From assembly GCF_009914755.1 (NCBI RefSeq), contig NC_060926.1: DNA of 64,000 nt; one strand, 5' to 3'. The notes under the pieces are model-generated. The model had not been told where the DNA came from. It made no database searches and saw only the letters and a list, made by a program, of their open reading frames with translations. A program made the position numbers and the translations under genes. Position 1 is the stretch's first letter; each line of letters opens with the position of its first letter. Below, piece by piece: positions 58,001 to 64,000 of the stretch. The DNA comes from the human T2T-CHM13v2.0 reference genome, Homo sapiens.

Positions 58001-58789
58001 TATTTCAAGGAAAATTTACAGAGGACAACCATCAGGATCTCTTACAGAACGTGACTCCTTGTCAATAATAAAATGAATGTGAGTCTAGGGTAATTCAGCT
58101 GGGCTAGGCAAAAAGGTTAAAGGGGAAAGCAAATATACATGGCTACACATGTAGGTACCTAGGCAAGGAGGCGAGTCTTTTGCCTTTTCTAAATTTCAAT
58201 TTTTTCATCTGTAAAATTAACATTATTGAATGTCAGTGCATTATGCTGTTAGGAATTTTTTGTTGTTGTTCTTTAAAAAAGCAAACACATAGAAATAAGA
58301 AATGCAGTGGTGTAGGGCTTCAGATCACAGCCCATTTAGGTCTCCTTGTCTTGACTTCAGTGGCTTCTGGAGCCACTGTGTTTAATCATATGATTCTGAG
58401 GAAGATAACTCAAAGCTTGGGATGTATGTACCAATCAGCCTAAAGTTAATTAACCTACACTTATACTTAATGTATGTTACATGTTGACATATTATTCTGA
58501 TGTTTAATGGATCTGGATTATTTTTATGATTTTATAACAAATTGAAACTTTCAATGATACAAAAAAATAAAATAAAATAAAGACTTCTGGCCCAGGGCAT
58601 TATTCACTGTTTTGTGTTTTTTTTTTTTTTCTTTTTTGGTTGGGGAGGGATGGGGCGGGGCAAGCACACATCTAAACTAGATTTTTTGTTTTTTAAAAAT
58701 ACAGAAAAACCCTATTTTTTAAATTGGACTTTCTTCAAAAATACTGAGCAAAGGAAGCAAACATTTCACAAGGCTGTAAGGACCCTTAA

Positions 58790-59687
58790 AATCTTCTTCA
58801 ATGGTGATTTTTATTAATAGACAATGCTATGATGCAAAATAAACAAAAGGAACTAAATGCTGTTATCTGGAATTAAAAGCACATACTTAAAGTAAAACAT
58901 GAAATATATACACTGCATTATGGAAATAGGTTGACTGTCAAGCAGGCAATTAAAAACTAAAATATAGTGAGCCACAGACACATTCATTTTCTAACAATGG
59001 ATGAATAACAAGTGGGCTTTTTTACCTTTCTTTTTTCTTTCTTACAAGGAACACAAGAATACAATGTATTTCACAGAGTGGAGTACATATTTTCAAACAA
59101 TGCTGACACATCTTTATTGTTCAGTCTGTTTCTAGGAAAATTAAATCTCCTTTTTCAGTTTGTGGACAGTTAGCTCGGCTGCACATATTAATAGAGACCC
59201 TCTACCTGAGTTAATTTACCATTTAGAACTATCTGAGTGTGAAAGTAATCCTCGTGGTAAACAACATGTACTCCATGGTAAACACAGCATTATCCCCAGG
59301 CCCAATGACGGAGTCAACTCAATAAATAGAAGTCCTGGCAGTAATTCCTACCTTTTACAATTAAAAACTAATTATTGGTTGAAAATAAACAGTGTGGTAA
59401 TTTCATTCATTACATGCAACAAACAAAGCCCTACAAAGCTCACGTATTTGAGAATTTGTTGTATTTTGGTTAATGAATGAAGTTAAAATACATATACATA
59501 TTTTTTACCATATTTCTTGACAATTTCACAAGGACAATTACAGCACAGGCACAAGAAAATTGTTGTTAAAAAATGCAGTTGACTAAAATGTGTACCACAG
59601 AAGATGATCATTTGTCCAATAAAGATTCTAAGACATCAATGACACAATTAGTAAAGGAACAGAAGTTTTCTATTGCCAAGACATTTG
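58790..59687 (-). other. Putative terminal exon / 3'UTR of an unidentified minus-strand gene
   Basis: Acceptor ttatatttgcag| at 59688. Repeat-free U-rich sequence with AATAAA at 59113-59118 and 58810-58815 (minus strand) and U/GU-rich downstream tracts. Confidence 0.4.
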
Positions 59688-60265
59688 CTGCAAATATAAC
59701 CTTCAATCTCTTTTATTAAATCACAACTGAAGACACCAGTAATATGGTTAGCTAGAATATGCTCTATTAATGGCTAATATTTATTAATGCATAGTAAATA
59801 GCTATTACACATAATTTACATATATCCTTTAATTCTCACAACAATCATGAGACCTACCTCATATTCACTGTTCATTTTGAATACATTAGATTCATTTTTG
59901 TGCATTTAATTCATGAAAAATTCATAATCAAATTGGTTTTGAAGCCGAGTGGAGATGCTTCCATCAAATCAAAGGCTACAGTAGATACTAAAAGATACTA
60001 GAATATTTATATACATTTACACAATAATCCACTACTGGAGACTTAACCTGATAAATAATCATAAAAGTACTTGCATAAGTCACAGGAGAAAAAAAATGAA
60101 TCAACGCAAAGTAAAAAAAATAAAGGTACAGTGGGAAAGAAAGTCCCTGTAAATTTACTACAAAGAAGTTGTATTTAATATAAAAAAGTATTGTGCATAA
60201 TTGTTAGAGTTGGGTTACAAACTCAACTCTGATCAAAGCAGAGAGAGAAGTCAATTATAAGATTT

Positions 60266-61003
60266 TGATATGGTTTGGCTGTGTCCCCACCCAAATCACA
60301 TATCAAACTGTGATTCCCACCTGTATTAGGCCATTTTCACATTGCTGTTGAAGACATACCTGAAACTGGTAACGAAAAGAGGTTTAATTGGACTTACAGT
60401 TCCACATGGCTGCAGAGGCCTCAGATTCATGGTGGAAGGTGAAAGGCCCTTCTTACATGTCAGTAGCAAGAGGAAAATGAGGAAGATGCAAAAGTGGAAA
60501 CCCCTGATAAACCCATCAGATCTTGTGAGACTTATTCACTATCACAAGAATAGCACGGGAAAGACTGGGCCCCATGATTTAATTACCTCCCATATGGGTC
60601 CCTCCCATAACATGTGGGGATTCTGGGAAGTAAAATTCAAGCTGAGATTTGGGTGGGGACACAGTCAAACCATACCACCACCTGTCAAAGGAGGGACATA
60701 TAATCCCCAGGTGTGAAGGGAGGGAGGTGATTGAATAATGGGGGCAATTTCCCCCATAGTGTTCTCATTATAGTGAGTTCTCACGAGATCCGATGGTTTT
60801 ATAAGGGGCTATTCCCCCTTCACTTTCTCTTCTCTCTCCAGCAGCCTTGTGAAAAACGTGCCTGCTTCCCCTTCTGCCATGATTGTAAGTTTCCTGAGGC
60901 CTCCCCAGCCATATGGAACTGTGAGTCAGTTAAACCTCTTTCCTTTATAAATTACCAAGTCTCAGGGAAGTTCTTTATAGCAGTGTGAAAACAGACCAAT
61001 ACA
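60266..61003 (+). mobile_element. THE1 (C/D-like) solo LTR, outer element
   Basis: tgatatggtttggctgtgtccccacccaaat ... ccaataca; perfect TSD gattt (60261-60265 / 61004-61008). Confidence 0.9.
60322..60677 (-). mobile_element. THE1 (A/B-like) solo LTR nested in reverse orientation
   Basis: tgtattagg...caaaccatacca; perfect TSD ccacc (60317-60321 / 60678-60682). Confidence 0.9.
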
Positions 61004-61346
61004 GATTTATTGTTCCTAATATAAAATGCCAATGGATAGAATAAAGCCCATTTCCCCTCTCTGCCCTCCCTAATAAATATTAAAGTATAAGAAAAATTCT
61101 TCCGTGGAGCCTCATAAAAATGACTCTTTAATTAACTTGAAAAGCTCTTCAACAGCATGCTTACCGCATCTCCTTACGTGCAAATCAAAAGTTCTAAAGT
61201 ATAGCTTAGTGAACAAATCTACTAAGGGACTAAATAATGGTAAAAATACAGACGTCTCATATGGTCTTGTATGAATAACAAGCATATTTAGAGTATATGG
61301 TAGAATGAATTATAAAGTATTTAGGGTTGTAGTTTTTAAAACTTAC

Positions 61347-61502
61347 ACAGAACTCATGGTCTCTGTTATAGACACCAGAGAAAGAGTGAGAGAGGTGGTA
61401 GGTGTGGTGGAGCTCTGGTATCTTACTCCTGGTTTTACCCGGAACAACTCCTTACTTATTACTTCTATATTGGGTTTTCTTATTATTTGAAGAGAGGTTC
61501 CA
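61347..61502 (-). CDS. Candidate 156-nt exon of an unidentified gene; only open frame is (x)GTSLQIIRKPNIEVISKELFRVKPGVRYQSSTTPTTSLTLSLVSITETMSS
   Basis: Acceptor tttttccttttcag|TGG and donor TGT|gtaagt. Length is divisible by 3, one frame is open, and the sequence is non-repetitive. Protein not recognised. Confidence 0.5.
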
Positions 61503-62119
61503 CTGAAAAGGAAAAATGGGTTTATTGTAGCATTAACCATCACTGTGAAAATATTACAACACAAAATTGCAAAAATACAGTAATGGCTAATCAGTACTCC
61601 AAATTTAGTAATAATAATTATAAAAGTTGAATTGTATACAATTATTACAGTTGAATCACAAATTCAACTCTGACAGTAAAAGAAATGAAAGAGAGAAATC
61701 AACTTAAAAGATTCAGTGCCAACATGAGCCAATATATTGCTGCCCTTGTGGGTGATGATTATGTAGAGTAAAAAGAATTAAGGAAGATTTTTATAAGATA
61801 CTAACAGAATACAAAATAGTATGCATGGGATGTTTATAACTGTAAAAATGAGTACATGTAAATGATAAATGGAAATACACAAAGATGAAATTTTGTTGTG
61901 ATTTCAAGGTTTTTTATCTTTAAACATCCCTTTAAAAAGATCAATGATTTTGACTACATAAAGTTTTAGGACAAAAGGCAAATCACTATATGATAGAAAA
62001 ATTTGCCACAAATGCAATTGTAAAAGGCTTAATACCCTTATTAAAATTGAAAATTATTAAATGATAGGAAAAAAGACTCTAAATTTTCTAATTTCAATAA
62101 TTTGGAGTTTGACTAGATA

Positions 62120-62370
62120 AAAATAACAGCAACAAACATTATGTAATATTACCATATTCCAGGAACCTTTCAAATTACCTTACATAAATTAGGCAACTGA
62201 ATCCTCATAACAATCCTTGTGAATTAGGTACCATTTTTAGAGATAAAGAACCTGAGTCACAGGAATATGAAATAAATTGCCCATATCACATGGCTAGGAA
62301 ATGGTGGCTCCAAAATTCAAACCCAAGCAGTCTAGCTTCAGAGCTCATGCTCTCAAACAACACACTAACT
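62120..62370 (-). mobile_element. MIR
   Basis: aatcctcataacaatcc...ccattttagagataaagaacctgag...aaattcaaacccaagcagtct. Confidence 0.7.
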
Positions 62371-62810
62371 GCCTGCCAAAGCAAATTACTCTCCGGCTCT
62401 ACCCTATTCCAAAATATTCATACCACATCATGCAGCAATAACATTATCACCTCCTATCTGCATGCTATTCTATAAATTTCAGAATGTTGTCATATGCATT
62501 ATCTGATCCTCAGAACACTTCTGATAGCAAGAACTCTCTGCTCATGCTGTCCCTGTATCATTGATCCCAATATTGCTATTGCACGATGTTTGTTTGACAT
62601 TTGCAACCATTTTGTAGTCTTGACCTCTTGTTCCCTCATCTCTTGGTCCCCTATGGACATTCTAGTCCGTAGGGTTTGATTATCTGGATTTCAGAAAGAA
62701 TCCCAGGGCGTTGTTAAATTCCATCAATTATAGGTTGTTATAGAAAAAAAGAGAACAAACACATCTACTATAACATCCTGATTTGTCAGAACATTTAAAT
62801 ATTGAAGACA

Positions 62811-63105
<295 letters not shown>

Positions 63106-63664
63106 TTATTTATTAACTTATTTATTTAGGTGTGTGTGTGTGTAGACAACCATACTTACAAAGCTAATTTCTCATGGTATATAAATGTAAAAGTGGCCAG
63201 TGATAATATTAGCCAGACAAATACCCTAACATTAGCTCTAATGTGGATAATAAAGTTATAAATGCTTTAACTATAATTTTAACTATCATTTTCTTACTGA
63301 GAAAAATTACATGTACATTATACAGCTCCTAACAGGAGGCCAGAAATCCAGGCTTCTAAGAAAGACTGTGATATACTACTGGACAATGGAGTTCACATTT
63401 GAGAATACAAGAAGCATCAAAAGCCTTTGTGTCCAGTCAACACTTTAGAGTTTTCCTATAAATAGAAACAAATGTCTTTGTACCCACATTTTTTAAAACT
63501 CAGTATTGTTAGTCTATTTTACTGTTGAGACCACAGGAATTGAATAGCCAGAAAATGATAGGTCATAGTGACAGATTCAAACTTCACTGCTGTTTCTACC
63601 TAGCAAAAAGCCAAAACCCAACCAATATTCCATTGAATATTTGTTTTAAAAATAACTAAAAATA

Positions 63665-64000
<336 letters not shown>

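Noticed and set aside
59160-59480. 106-aa plus-strand ORF after a polypyrimidine-AG
   Set aside because: Non-ATG start and no recognisable homology; better explained as the antisense of a putative 3'UTR.

Overview
This is AT-rich, CpG-depleted primate genomic DNA, almost certainly human: it carries an AluYb8 (4245) and an AluYa5 (63665), both essentially human-specific subfamilies. Most of the window looks intergenic or intronic and is dominated by interspersed repeats: an L1 5'UTR with a monomer array, L1 3' fragments, 11 Alus, MaLR/ERV LTRs, L2/MIR fragments and MER DNA transposons. Repeat family calls are from recalled consensus features, not a database search. No complete protein-coding gene, RNA gene, CpG island or prokaryotic-type system is supported, and nearly all ORFs in the track are repeat-derived or chance. 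The best gene evidence is the likely 3' end of an unidentified minus-strand gene at the right edge: a 156-nt exon at 61347-61502 with good splice sites, then a probable terminal exon/3'UTR at about 58790-59687 with AATAAA signals. The most unusual structures are a 182-bp direct repeat bracketing an Alu, a THE1 LTR nested in reverse inside another THE1 LTR, a 187-bp insertion with inverted ends inside an L1, two older local duplications, and a 58-nt pure poly(A) tail on an old Alu.
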